DNA of 64,000 nt, taken from NCBI GenBank assembly GCA_001949185.1, contig BDGG01000003.1, positions 1,987,663 to 2,051,662 on the forward strand. Direction: 5' to 3'. The notes below the pieces were generated by a model, which saw nothing but the letters and a program-made list of their open reading frames with translations, had not been told where the DNA came from and made no database searches. The stretch is from Ramazzottius varieornatus. Its lineage: Eukaryota > Animalia > Tardigrada. The number at the start of each line of letters is the position of its first letter. The stretch's first letter is position 1. The translations under genes and the position numbers were made by a program. Shown one piece after another: positions 1 to 12,392 of this stretch.

Positions 1-1845
1 ATCTGATCAAGTGTGCTCGGCAGACAGAGTGGAACTGGCAGTTCGTCCCTGTAATCGCAGAAAGAAAAGTTCTGGTCAGTTTCCAAACTCTGTGTGGAGT
101 AATCACAGAGCGTCAATCAACGGTAATCAAATTTAGTTAATTGGTCAACATCAAACGTCCTGGTGTAACTGCGCTATTAACTATTTCTGATCTAAATAAA
201 CGACGATCATTTCGGAGGAAACAATCGGCGAAAATGTTTGGGTGCTGGGCAAATGAGCTGAACCGATCGCAATCTCCAGTGGCGCATCTTCTCGTTGTTA
301 TTGGCCAGAGTTGTGCGCCACTTGAGCAAACCATCATGTTCAAGTCGCGCATGTTTTCGTTTCTGTTCTCTGACAGCGTGGACCGCTTGAAAAAGCGAAC
401 TGGTCACATCATTTGTCCGGCATCCAATTTCTCCAGAGGTAACAGCGAAAATCTGATGTTTTAAACTGAAGATTTTGTATATGTTAATGGATAGATTAGC
501 GTTAATAATCTAAAAGTTGTATGGTGGAGGTTCTCCCGGAATGTTGATTTGAGGTGAAATTTATGCAGATATTCCGGTATTTTATTCCATTGTGTTCCCC
601 GCGCGTTGTTTACCCGTGAAGTAATGCATAGCCCATTAGCAAGGAGTACAATGGTGTAATATGATCGGTTCTAAACAATCACAAACCTGTTATGCGAATA
701 ATACTCGACGAGAGCAGGAAGCGAGGGGAAGTGGACAGCTGAGCCTTCCAGGCTCAATTTCCCGCTTTTGTGTTCGATGAGATAGTGTTCGACGCGTTGA
801 CAAGGATGGCTCTTGTGTTGGTCAAATTCCATAAAGTGTTGCGACGATGGAATATTGACTGATAAGGCCAGAGTGCCGGCTAAACTGGATGGTCGGATGA
901 TGAAGACTCCCAACCCAGCTGGCTTCAAATAGACTTCGGCTGTCTGCCGGTCAAGCCCCGCCAAGAACCAGATTCCTTGTGTCCCGGCCACTTTCTCAAG
1001 CATTGTTATCTTATCATCGATAAATGGGGTATTAACAGCAGCAGCAAATGCCGTGGACGAACGACCATTCTCCAACCCAGCTACTGACACTGCTGCCCCT
1101 TCAACAACACCTTCGACGCCCTTTAAATACATATTTTGTCTGCCAACTGTATCCACTTTCATCTGTGAAAGACAAAAATAAACAATCAAGACATTGACAG
1201 ATAACAGAGGATAAGAATAACCCGTTCACTCAACACGGCCCTTCCTCCATACTTCCTTACAGGTTCCTCGACTTCAAAGACCAAAACTGCGGTAACAAAA
1301 AACATCCAAAGTTTCCCCTTTCCAACAAATCAATCGAGTAGCATTCGGCAAATTCAGAAATGGGAAACCGGCAAATTCAGAAATGGGAAACCGGCAAAAA
1401 ATCTCAGGACGATTGCTATCACAAGAGGCGCACGCTTCCAGCTAGCAACAATAGAAACTTGCGCCACCAGTGTGAGCATTCATCCTTTTTCTGAACGAAG
1501 TGATCCACAAAGTTCTTTTTTACCACGATACTGCGGGCGAACAGAAGGACGACCCGTGCTAAAAGGAGGTCGGTACTCTGCGCAAAGTGATGGGGAAGTT
1601 TGCTTACTGCTCACCTTATTAGACTCTTTTCCATTTCCGCCCTGTTGCTGCGAATCTTCGGGGTTTCCGGGGACAGACTCGGAAGTGATTTCCCGTTGAT
1701 ATCCGTGGTGGTGCGGAAGTGGAGTAATCCACGAAGACGCACTGCGGGAAGAGGGGCTGGTAGTGTTGACGCTTTCCGACGTCGCCGCTGATGAAGAGGA
1801 GGCGAGCGAGTAACGACGAATGCCCGAGCTGACATCACTCAACAT
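1..1845 (-). CDS. RIN/Sprint-like SH2-domain protein (Rab5 GEF family), 5' part; continues off the left edge
   Basis: Exons 1615-1856 (ATG at 1845, possibly further upstream exons), 687-1162 and <=48 join in frame through GT-AG introns. SH2 sequence WFLAGLDRQTAEVYLKPAGLGVFIIRPSSLAGTLALSV...VEHYLIE...LEGSAVHFPSLPALVEYY is followed by RDELPVPLCLP, typical of the RIN/Sprint SH2. The VPS9 domain is not in the window. Confidence 0.72.
276..324. repeat. Dispersed palindrome copy 1 (RIN-like intron)
   Basis: CCAGTGGCGCAT-N25-GTGCGCCACTTG. Confidence 0.8.
1346..1398. repeat. 23-bp tandem repeat, 2.3 copies
   Basis: CGGCAAATTCAGAAATGGGAAAC twice, then CGGCAAA. Confidence 0.9.
1422..1470. repeat. Dispersed palindrome copy 2 (RIN-like intron)
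   Basis: CAAGAGGCGCAC-N25-TTGCGCCACCAG. Confidence 0.7.
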
Positions 1846-3336
1846 CTGGCTTCCAACTGTAAAATAGAAACCACACCATGGTACACTAGCTTCAATAGTA
1901 TGGTTCAATGTAAGCCTGGCAAACACCAGACGAACGACAGCAATCTCTACGGGCCACACTGTACAGTACAGCCATGACAGTTTGATCGCGCACGGTGATC
2001 TGCCTGTTAAAATCGAATATTATGCGCCTTGACCACTTGTCCATAACTGACGCCAATGAAGCCGCCCGAAAGCTGAATAGAATGGCTAACTTGATCTGGG
2101 CATCAAAGTAGACCGTTTAGAGTGTAAGACAGATTGTTCCATCATTCATGAGGTTCGTTAGAGAGAACGCTTTTTGAATCGGAACTCGGAAGTGGCGGTA
2201 ACAACTTTACTTTGCGGCCTTTGCCGCTCGGCTGTACTAGCGTCAATCAACACAATCGCGCCAATCAATCGCACATACATCGACGTCGTAGGGCTCTTCT
2301 TGAAAACTGAATCAAGCAGCGGATGAAATCAGTTTTCCATGACGTCACTGCCGAATACTATGATGGCGCGGTGGATAAGTATAACTGTCCGCGACGTGGA
2401 GGTCGATGTTTCGAGTTTTGAAATTTGGTCAGAACTCTTTTTGCATTCCAAAAGTTTTCTATTCATGGTTCATGGTCTACTTGCACTCCATGGTGGGCAC
2501 TGAAACTCAGATATTTTGTTTATTAGTTCAAATATTTTTGGGATGACTTTAGAGAGGTAGAGAGTGGCATCTAAATTATGAACAACTGGAAACGGCAGAT
2601 AACGCCCTCTTCGACATTCTTAATGGGGGAGCGAACATAGAAATAATGAGCGACTGCGGAAAATGGGCGCCACCGGAGCAGTACGGTGACGTGTGAAGAG
2701 ATTCCACGGTTAGCTGGTAAGCAGCTTGATTGCGACAAGTAGAGCGCGTGGATGATAAGGACGATGCTCGGCTGCAGACTTCACCAAGTACTCCGCACAA
2801 GAGAGCAGGTTGGATGGGTCGCTGACAAAATGGACATCTTTCGACCGCTGTTGAGTCAAGCTAGTGTCAAAAGCTTATAAGTAGCACCCGCTAATCTTTT
2901 AATAAGTACTATCTCAGTACTAGGTCGCTATCTGGGCGGTGCAGCTCAGCCAGTCGTCCTCTTCTGTTTTTTCACTCGAGCAGACTTCGAGTAAACATAC
3001 GCGTCGACATGCCCATCCGAAGACTTCGAAAAAAATTAGCCCCAAACCTCAAGGAAACAATTTTGTGACAGTTGGCTGGCGGTGTGGTTTGAGCTCGTTC
3101 TTCGCCGCGGGTTACTTCCTGTCAGTACTAATCCGAAAATTAGAAAAACTTGCAGTCGTGAAATTGTGCTGGGTTCGTTCTACTGTACATCAGTTTACTG
3201 CTGGAGCAAGACGACAACGCTTGTCAGATTCATCCTTGAAATAGATGGTAATCGTACCGGAACCCATTAGTCGTAGGTCAAACCCGAAGACTTGCCAAAT
3301 TGGACGTCGACAGAAGATCTCCCCAGATCGTTGTAC

Positions 3337-3385
3337 CAAGTGGCGTACGAATGTGTTGGAATTAGCTGAGAGCGTGCGCCACGTG
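3337..3385. repeat. Dispersed palindrome copy 3, with extended outer arms
   Basis: CAAGTGGCGTAC-N25-GTGCGCCACGTG, flanked by CCCAGATCGTT / AACGATCTGGG and GACGTCG / CGACGTC. Confidence 0.8.
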
Positions 3386-4167
3386 GCAAACGATCTGGGC
3401 GAATTCATGCACCGACGTCTTCAATGGGTTTCCTATAATATTCAAGAACTCTTTTCCGGTACAGCTTGGTACAAGAAAACTTGAAACTACTATATATACA
3501 CATAAAAGTCGGGAATTTTCGATATGAATTTTAAGCTTACTCTCAGCCGTTTTTGCCTTACAGCTGAAGTACTGGAAGAACGTACTCGGTCTGTCACGGT
3601 CACTTTCAAAATGAAGTACTCCAGTGCACCGCTCGATCGAGCACTTTTCCGATCGCCGATCGGACACAATATCGGAAGTGTTCTCTTTCGAGTAGACAAA
3701 GGTAGTCTGTTATCAGCTTGATAGATTTACCTGCCGGCATTGTTGATGTTCGTTTTACGGCTGGAACTTTCAATAGATCATGATAATAATATCGGCATAA
3801 ATAGCAGTAATCCTTGACGATCCGGTTTCGTGCTTGTGAAATGGGAGAGAAGCTAAATGAAAATGCTCAGAAATGTGTGACGGTATTCCAGTATGATCCG
3901 TCACATATTTTCCTCAAATGCCATCGTTGTTCGCTGTTGCATATCAGAGATACTAGATTCAACGAGAAAGTTCCATTCACACATATACGCGGGGTAAATA
4001 TGCGCAGCTTTGTTGGTGAACCGGCAAAATAGATACTTGAAACTTCTGCCGACAACAATGCCGACGTTTGTTTGAAAGTCATAAAGGCGTTACCGAAAAA
4101 AGAATATACAGTGTAACAGGATCATTGCATATGCGCGTACACTGGCTAAGTACACCAGTTTCACGTA

Positions 4168-4641
4168 CACGCAAGACCAGATATTATGGGCCAGTAAAAA
4201 TTACGGGCCAGGCCTTTTCGCTACGGCGGCACGGGCAGGTGATTCTTGCTACAAGTAAAAACAGCATCGAAGGCTGCACTGCTGTACGTGCGTGCGGGAT
4301 ACTGGGCCGAAGAGCTAAAGCTTGTCATGTTATTTTGCTATAGCAGTTAGATCTTTTTGTTGTAACATTTAGATCTCTAATTTACCGGAACACGCATACC
4401 TTCAACAGTTCAGGCTAATCCAAGGCTTCTCCGGGAGGAAGTCGACAGCAGCGTTGAAGCGTTAGAGTAAAACAGCTGATCAGCTGGTGGCCATTGTCCA
4501 TGACAATTTTCTACGGTTGAATTTCACTACGTTACGTCATTTGTCCGATTTCTGTTTCTCACTTGAACACAAATTGTAAATTTGCCGTCTTTTCCGCCTG
4601 GCCCGTAAGTTTTACTGGTCCATAATATCTCGTCGCGCGTG
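4168..4641. mobile_element. Tc1/mariner-type MITE (TA TSD, CACG termini); same family as 27683-28327, opposite orientation
   Basis: TA|CACGCAAGACCAGATATTATGGGCCAGTAAAAATTACGGGCCAGGC ... GCCTGGCCCGTAAGTTTTACTGGTCCATAATATCTCGTCGCGCGTG|TA. Internal sequence (e.g. AAAACAGCTGATCAGCTG) is shared with the 27.7-kb copy. Confidence 0.8.
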
Positions 4642-5416
4642 TACAGCGAGAAGCATTATAGCTGAGCCTGAGAGTGCACAATTTGACTTTTGCAGTCTAC
4701 GCACTGTACACAACACACAGCTTGAGCATAAAGGAAGAATAAACAGCTAATACTTTGTCAAACATGGGTTCTTTAATTGACTGAATGGCCAACGAGTTAT
4801 ACTCGCAGCCATCTTCGAGGCACTTTTGGCAGACAACCATCAAAAGAAGAATAAATCACCAAGGACCATAAAACCATGTCTTAGTTGTGATTCATACCGC
4901 CCGGCATTCTGCGCAGACTGCACACAAGGCAATCTGCTACCACAACCACATTTCGTACGACTTCTCTGAATTTTCGAGTTTCAACTCGTGAACTAATCTA
5001 TGAGCCACATGGCCAAACATACGCACACGCACAGAGCTCGCGAAGGTTTCATGCATATTCACGAAGTTACTGCTGCGAGGTTGTTTTTCTGGTTTGCAGA
5101 AACGCACCACCCGGACTAGTCTATGTACCTGATGGCGTGTAGTTTTCACTGTCTAGCATTGTCGAATGCGAAGACAGTTGTCGTGCGTGGTCTGATCTGG
5201 GTTCTTGACCAGCCGATATTTGCAGGATCGCTAAACAGAGGTAGGCAAGTCCTATGTGTGTTTCGAACACGAAGGACCCACCTGCTTTTGTACTGGTGCC
5301 TTGTAGTAGCGTTTGGCGATCTCCCCAGACTGTGGGAGAACCAGGCTGTACATGTAGACGGTAAACTCAGAGCGGGTAGGTCGATCATATGGGAGCAGAA
5401 AGATGGTGCCGCTGTT

Positions 5417-5535
5417 GCCTGCGACCATACCACGTAGAATGCTCCCGATCCCGTTCGATCTCGGAAGATAAGCTACGTCGGGCCCGGTTAGTATTTAGAT
5501 GGGCGACCGCTTGGGAACACCGGGTGTTGCCGGCT
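5417..5535 (+). rRNA. 5S rRNA, solitary copy (possibly a variant or pseudogene)
   Basis: GCCTGCGACCATACCACG...CCGATCCCGTTCGATCTCGGAAG...GGTTAGTATTTAGATGGGCGACCGCTTGGGAACACCGGGTGTTGCCGGCT, 119 nt, followed by a T-rich Pol III terminator (TCTTTTT). Confidence 0.93.
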
Positions 5536-5983
5536 TCTTTTTAGCCCTGCGTCGCAGTCACTCGCATGCATGCTTCCGGTTTGGAATATCGGATTTTTGG
5601 AACGAACCTTCCGTTTTGTTGTCTGGCTGCAGGAATTTCGGCCCACGCTACATGGCGCGTTTTATTAAGTTCAAAAACCATTGCATATCACATAACTTAG
5701 GGAGATAAGAATTCGCAATTATAGTGCACAGTACAACACAAAAACATTTCTTTACTTCTAAATATTAAAATTTAAATCTGCAAACACCATCTGGCAACAA
5801 ACAAAAGGAGAGTCATCAAGGGAACATGTATAAACTGTGAAATATAGCAAATTTGTATTCGGCTGCTCGCGGACAACGTCGATATTGCTCGTCACCAAGG
5901 CTCGTAAAGTACAAGTCAGTCCCCAGAACTGAACCCTGCAGAACTCAAGTAAACTAACGGGAACATCACTGTAAATGCCTAAT

Positions 5984-6537
5984 TCAATGGCGAGGACCTT
6001 CGTTGCCTCTCTGTCCGGTAAACCATCCACTAACTCCAGCGGGGATGAAGCCGGAGATATAATCCACGAAGCTCTGACTTTCTCGTCTTATTGGAGCGCC
6101 ACCTGGATACAGAAACGAGCCTCTCCGTCCACTGGGTTTCGGTCCCGAGTCTCTTCGTTCTCCTTGGTGTCCTCTGCCGGCTTCACTGCTGTTGCGACGA
6201 CCAGGGAAGAGGAAGGAACCACCGCGGGCACGACGAGGTTCCGGTTGGCTCTGGGGTTGACCGGGATGATAGCCGAACCACTCGGATATGCTGGAACCAC
6301 GGCGTCTGTAGGCGCCACCTGGATACATAAAGGAACCGCCGAATGAGCCCCGGTGGTTGTGTTCGTGGCCGGTGTGGTCGCCCTTGACGAACTTGACTAA
6401 TTCACTTTCTCGTCGAGCGTACTGTCCTCCAGGGTACATGAAGGACCCACCATGGGTACCGCGGTGACGATGAGATTCCTCGCTCTCGTTGTGAGCTGGG
6501 TGGATGTCTCCAGGACCTGGATATTCGTGCGCGCGGG
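5984..6537 (-). CDS. Terminal exon of an unknown Gly/Arg/Ser-rich disordered protein with four GSF(M/L)(Y/F)PG repeats; upstream exon(s) unresolved
   Basis: Open frame from a strong acceptor (TTGTTGTTACAG| at 6538, phase 1) to TGA at 5984. It has internal repeats and a paralogue at 8776-10184. Confidence 0.7.
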
Positions 6538-7062
6538 CTGTAACAACAAAGACAAGTTCAGTTCGAACGTAAACTGCTCAAAACTATTTAGTGAATTCAG
6601 TCCTAATTCGGTGAAGTTGGTAACAGTTTTACACAACGTCGAAGCAGTTATAGGCGCACACGTACATTCGATCTGTTGGATTCTAACTCTCGCGCGTGGT
6701 GAGTTAGTTTGATATTCGCCTCTGACATGCCTAACATGGGATTCCAGCGAGGTCAGCGAGTTATCGCAGTGACTTTGAAATTGAAACGTGACTTCTGGGG
6801 CACAATGACGTCAATGTAATTATGAGACTGAAATCGAAGACATGGCTGGAGGGTGCAAGAAAGGGGTGCTCGACCCTTCTGTCGGATCTCGGGAAACACA
6901 TGATCTTCCGATCTATCCCAGACCCGCCGAGTAGCACCGGTGTGCGAGTTACGGGATTCTGATAGAGTAGAAAAGCGTTGAAAACCATCGGAAAAAGACG
7001 AGCGTTGTGAAATAGATTTTCAATTGGGAGACCAGTAAACAATATCGGGGTGATGGATATTT

Positions 7063-7110
7063 CGAGTGGCGCATTTTTCCTGCCTACTGAATAAGCACAT
7101 GCACCACTTG
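7063..7110. repeat. Dispersed palindrome copy 4
   Basis: CGAGTGGCGCAT-N24-ATGCACCACTTG. Confidence 0.7.
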
Positions 7111-8775
7111 AGATAACAGTCATCTCGAGGCTGTTTTGCCGGCCTCCCAATTGTGCGACGACCATGTCTACTACGGTGGTATGGTCCCATACCGTAACTT
7201 TTGCAAATGCGATGTCGAGCAGACGGTACGTCAAAATACAGGTACGAGGAGGCGGCAGTGTGGCCACCGCAGAATTTAGTCGTCGAGGTGGCCACACTAC
7301 GAAAGTCCAAGCACCGAATGGGTGGTTGATTGACTGATCAAAATCAGCTGATTTGGTCAAAACAGGCGTTTTAACCTTGGGAAGACTCTGCCTCCTCCCG
7401 CAGATCACTGCTCAACGTTTCAAGCCTTGTTTCGCCTTCCTAATGTCTGACAAGTAAGTTAACATGATTATCTATCGATGAAGGAAAAACGAAAAGATTT
7501 GAAGGAGTGGCTGCTGAGGTTCAGCTGTGGCCACTTGGCAGTCGTTTTGCCACGGTGCCACTCCACTGCCGAGCCCTGGTACTCCCTCTTGGCCGCACCA
7601 ATGTACTATCCACGTTCATTTGCCACACTTACTTGGAGGTGCGTGAGTAATGTTATGTCCCGAGTATGGTCCGTCGTGTCTACGATCCCGAAGATCCCCC
7701 CTCTCCATGGGTGGCCGAGGATCATAGCGGTCCTGTTCAAGAAAGAAATATTCGTATCTCGTCCTGTAAAGAAACTTCGCATGAGGAGACTTACATCAAA
7801 CCGGTCGCCTCCGTGAGACATTTCGTACACTTCTTTGAGACAATAGTAGTCAACAAGGAAGTAGTTTCTTTGGGAAAGTAGGATGTTCTTTATCACTCCA
7901 ATCACTGGTATCCCGTAGATTAGCGCGTGCAGACAAGAAGCTGTGCTGACAAGAAATGTTGATGCGGCGAAAAAGAAAAGCAGACTGCCGCGGGCTGATA
8001 CGTATGGAGAATAACTCTACACTGCCGTTTTGCACGTTTGAGGATCCCAGAATAGCTTTCGATCAGCGCAGGGTTGCGAGAAGCCATCTTCAAATCTAGA
8101 GTTCGAAACGCTTTCACGGTAATTACATAAGAGAACTTTTAAGCGGTCCTGCCGGATGCTCATTGGTCCCTGAAACGTACTGCACAGTAGGATTAGCGAA
8201 GAACGAGCTGTCAAGCACCGCGCGGATGTAAAACGAGACACCTCTTTGGGAAGAACCCGACGTGTGAAGATTGCACCATGCGTCAGCTTATGTCAGTCCT
8301 CGCACGCTGTTTCGACTTCGAATTTCGCTGGAAACTCTCTGTCTTTCATCTTCCAGCTGACGCATCATACAACGGAACTATGATGTGCTAATCGTGCGCT
8401 GTAGAGCTCACATCGCGAAGCATCCATACACGTTGCTACTTCGTTATCGAAAGAGGCATGTTTTGTTCCGTTGTAGTCGGCATAATGCGCGACTTCGGGT
8501 TCGGACTTCAATAGTTTCATGACCCTCATGAGTACTGATTGCATTTAGAAATGTAAGGCCTTGATGCAAATTTTTTTAGGTTGTTTATGTTCCGAGATGA
8601 AACATCGGCAGCTTTAACAATTTGACTGATATGTTTACAGGGCCCGCGCTTCTGTACGGAGCCAGAAGGAGTGCGTGGGCACCCGTACGCCGCCGCAGAA
8701 ACAAAAATAGTTCGTCATCACATGTTTTAGCTCAGATCAACAACATATCAAATATCTCAGTCCAGCCAAGAGACC

Positions 8776-10184
8776 TTAATTTTGTTTGGGTCCGAACCAA
8801 TTGCTCGGAGCAAGCGCTGAGAAATAGTCGCGCAGTCTTCGCCCCTGATCGGCTTGAGGTCTTCCTTCCTCCATGGTCGTGGATCGCGAAATATATTCCG
8901 CGCTCTGTACGCCACCCGGCACTAAAATGGATCCTCGTCGATGAAAGACAGGAACTGGAAGATCTTTGAATGTCAGATCCTTATTTTGTATCCGCTGACT
9001 TGAAGAATCTGGCGGGAGATCTGTGAACCGGATACAGTAAACAGTCACTGTCATGGGTCAGCGTCACCCCACAGCCATCATTCACATACTTGTGTCTTCG
9101 GATCCCATCGTCCGATTTTGATGATTCAAAGTTTCAAACACTAACATTTAAAGCACAGTTTATACTTTCTGGCCACGGTACTATCGATTCGCCACTTCAA
9201 TCAGTCAACCGGTAAGTATGGGTGGTTTGGACCAAGAAATGAGGGTCATTTTCGTGTCCTGCTCCCGCGTCACATGACTGGTTTAGGGACAAGTCCAAGC
9301 GGCCACAATGTAGCGAAGACATTACTCTACTGACCGCACCAAAAGCGATCTCCACCCAAAAATTTCTAACAAAAATTTTCTGATAGGTTCTACAGCCCAC
9401 TTTGCAACGCATCTTATGGGCGAAACAGCTTCGCCTCGAATAACCTTCTTTGTTCTTATCCAGTTTCTGTGAAATGAGCATCACTCAATAGGAAAAAGAT
9501 TGCTCTTTCAGAAAAGGTGTATATTCCTCAAATAGCAAGATGAAAAATGCTTTCTGATATCTTGGAAAAAGTAGGCTGCAGAACTCATACGGAAAATATT
9601 CGCGAGAAATTTTCAGGTGGAGATCTCTTCTGATCAGCAGAGCGATATTTTCTCTACATTCTGGCAGTTTAGACTTATCCCTAAACCAGTCATGCGACGT
9701 CAAAGCAGGACTCGAAAATGACAGCAGTTCAAGATCCAAACCACCCATACTTACCGGTTGACTGATTGAAGTGGCGAATCGATAGTACCGTGGCCAGAAA
9801 GTATAAACTGTGCTTTAAATGTTAGTGTTTGAAACTTTGAATCATCAGAATCGGACGACGGGATCAGGGGTATGCAAGCAAGTGAAGGAAGACCATGGGT
9901 GCGTCGGTGACTGTAGCCAACTAAGCTAACTAATTGCATACAGTTTGTCGCCGTCAACGAACACTGAACCAATATTCTGACAAGTTTACTCACGTTCGTG
10001 GTTTTCATTCCCCGCCAACTGGAACGCGCGAGACAGATTAACTTCCGGCTTTGTCAGTGTACCCATGGGATAGATGAAAGACTTGACCAGAGATTCATGC
10101 CGACTCTAAAACACGAACAACTGAACAACATCGGGTCAATCACGTGTCCGGTACTTTCACAAATAAGCTTACATCGTTGTCCAT
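8776..10184 (-). CDS. Unknown 122-aa protein, paralogue of the 5984-6537 gene (3 exons)
   Basis: Exons 10173-10184 (MDND), 9994-10105 (SRHESLVKSFIYPMG...NENHE) and 8776-9020 (HLPP...HRRGSILVPGG...DYFSALAPSNWFGPKQN*) join in frame with GTAAGC and GTGAGT donors and YAG acceptors. Confidence 0.68.
9042..9913. mobile_element. Foldback / long palindromic element within intron 2 of the 8776-10184 gene
   Basis: Arms 9101-9231 and 9735-9865 are inverted copies with 2 mismatches in 131 bp. Weaker inverted homology continues inward towards ~9485 and outward to CAGTCAC / GTGACTG-TA termini. Confidence 0.75.
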
Positions 10185-10664
10185 TCTGGAATGTATCCTG
10201 CGGCAATGTTCAGTTCACTCCAAGACAAAATATTCGTGTAAGGTGAAGCTATAACGAGCCACGATCCACGCAAAGATAACGGCAAATGCCCAAGCTCCAA
10301 ATGATATGGCGCAGAAGGAAATGTCACAACGATGGCATCGAGCTGAACACCGTGTGGGGAACGCTCCAACGTGTAAATATTTCTTTATGGTCATCAAGAC
10401 AAGCCGTGATCGAAACATGCTGATCATGATAACCGCGTGGCACCGTTCAAAAATAACGTCCTAATTTTTTGACGGCGACTCCAGTCCCCCGGCCTCCAAC
10501 CGCAATTAGAATACATCCCCGTGGAATAGGTTAGGTCCTTCCTGGTTCATACAAGCTTCATTTAATAAGTTAATGACGGTCTGTCGAATGAAACGAGCAA
10601 CCTCGAAATGAACTATCAGGATAACGTTCGAGAAACGGGAGCAAACTCGACAAGGTCATGCTTC

Positions 10665-10713
10665 GAAGTGGCGCACGCGTTCAGCCAATAACACAAATAA
10701 CATGCGCCACTTG
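10665..10713. repeat. Dispersed palindrome copy 5 (downstream of the AKR gene)
   Basis: GAAGTGGCGCAC-N25-ATGCGCCACTTG, with outer CTCGACAAGGTC / GATCTTGCCGAG. Confidence 0.8.
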
Positions 10714-10839
10714 GGGAGACGATCTTGCCGAGTTCGTTTGCCGAGCACCCAAACAGTTGTTTAATTAGAAACCGTCATCGTGAGCTCAACAATCCAAACG
10801 CCGAATTGAGTAACGTTGGGTCGTACAGAACATCTAGAT

Positions 10840-12392
10840 TTACTCATCTTCTTTGTGAAAGGGATAGTTTGGTGACTCTTTGCGCCTGAAAAGAGTACAA
10901 TATGATATTCGGGGCAAACTGAAGCTGAAGGGAAACTGTCCAGCTTACGAGGCGTGCGTGAATAGTCGATGATTCCTGGCTCCCAATTCGTTGATTTTCT
11001 GCATATCATCGGAGTTCAACTTAAAGTCGAAAACCTCAAAGTTCTCTTTCAGCCGATCTTTATGGATGGATTTGGGGAGTACTCCGATGTCTCGTTGTAT
11101 TAGCCAGCGCAGAAGAATCTGCGCCGGTGTCTTGTGATATTTCTCCGAGATGATCTTCAAAACCGGCTCATCCAGCAGCCCCGGATTGCTAACTTGGCCT
11201 TGTCCGGTGTAGCCCGGACACCCGATGGGAGCGTAGGCCGTAACCGCGATCCAGTTTTGCTTGCAGAAGTCCACTAGCTTATTTTGTGGCAAATAAGCAT
11301 GACACTCCACCTGAAAGACCAAACATTGCTATGCTACCTATAGTATCACTGTATTGACTGTAAAGGAGCAGCCGAACTTTCTCCCGCATATCCAAATCAG
11401 TCACTGCACAACTAAACGTAGAAGAACGGCACAATGGTCGTGGGTTTCAGAATACACGACCTGCAAGTTCGCTGGTTTGGTTTGGCAATGATATAAAATA
11501 TGCTGGATTTGTTTCTGGTTGAAGTTAGACAGTCCAATACTTTTCGCCAGCCCTTCGTCCACCAGTTTTTCCATTTCCTGTTGGAAATATAATGATGATC
11601 TCAAGGAGCACCTGTTACACTTGACCCATCGAGAACACCACAGTACTGAAACAAACGACAGCCCACCCACCTTCCGAACATCCGCATGATCGACATTGTT
11701 GAAGAAAGCTTCCGGGTCTTCTGGCTTATTCAAGTAGTTTTGGGCATTAAGACCAGTTTGTTCCTTCTTGATGGACATGGGCGAATGTACGAGGTATAGG
11801 TCCACATAATCCACCTTCAGACGATTCTTCGAGATGTCGAAATCTTCGCGCACGTACTTCGGGTCGTTGCAATGTGAAGTTAGCTAGATGGCAGAACGGA
11901 ACTGCGAAACTTTGGTACTACTGTAGCTATAGCTGGCTACAGTTATAGCTACAGTAGTTCCGGCAGATCGATGGGTTACCTTTGTTGCTATGAACAGGTC
12001 GTCTCGCCTGACTTTTCGGCTCTTTATGGCTTTGTCGAACGCCGCACCGATTTCGTTTTCGTTCTGATAATTGAAAGCGCAGTCGAAATGCCGGTAGCCC
12101 GATGGCCAGTGCATCTCTCACAGCTTCGATATCGCCAGCAGTCCCCTGTAAAAGCTGAGCTTGAGCTGAGATACCAAGCAGTCCAAGCTTTATCAGCTAA
12201 CGTAAGCTCAGAAGAAAGAAGTCAGCCGCAATAACGTCAGAAACCGTGTGCTGGCTTTTTCGCATATTAGATAAATAAGATGTGAACACAAGAAGATACT
12301 ACCTTTCGTTTCTCTGAAGTTCCCATTGCCATAATCGGCATCCTGTTTCCATCGTTCAACTGAATGGTTGGAACCTTCGTAACCACCGCCAT
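10840..12392 (-). pseudogene. Aldo-keto reductase (AKR1-like) paralogue with a +1 frameshift
   Basis: Six exons, MAVVTKVPTIQLNDGNRMPIMAMGT ... KSIGLSNFN ... QVECHAYLPQ ... PKSIHKDRLKENF ... PNYPFHKEDE*. Exon 2 reads ...DALAIG in one frame and GYRHFDCAFNY in another because of an extra G at 12098-12100. Confidence 0.75.

Noticed and set aside
6761-7408. 215-aa minus-strand ORF
   Set aside because: It runs through a palindromic repeat copy and intron-like sequence and has no domain similarity. It may hide small 5' exons of the 5984-6537 gene, but I could not resolve them.
7443-7881. Possible small + strand gene (ATGTCTGACAA|GTAAGT, then CGHLAVVLP...)
   Set aside because: The donor is good, but the acceptor is poor, the downstream frame is ambiguous and there is no recognisable homology.
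9747-9760. ATACTTACC resembling the U1 snRNA 5' end (also near 13330)
   Set aside because: It is just the reverse complement of a GGTAAGTAT donor-like site; no U1 body follows.
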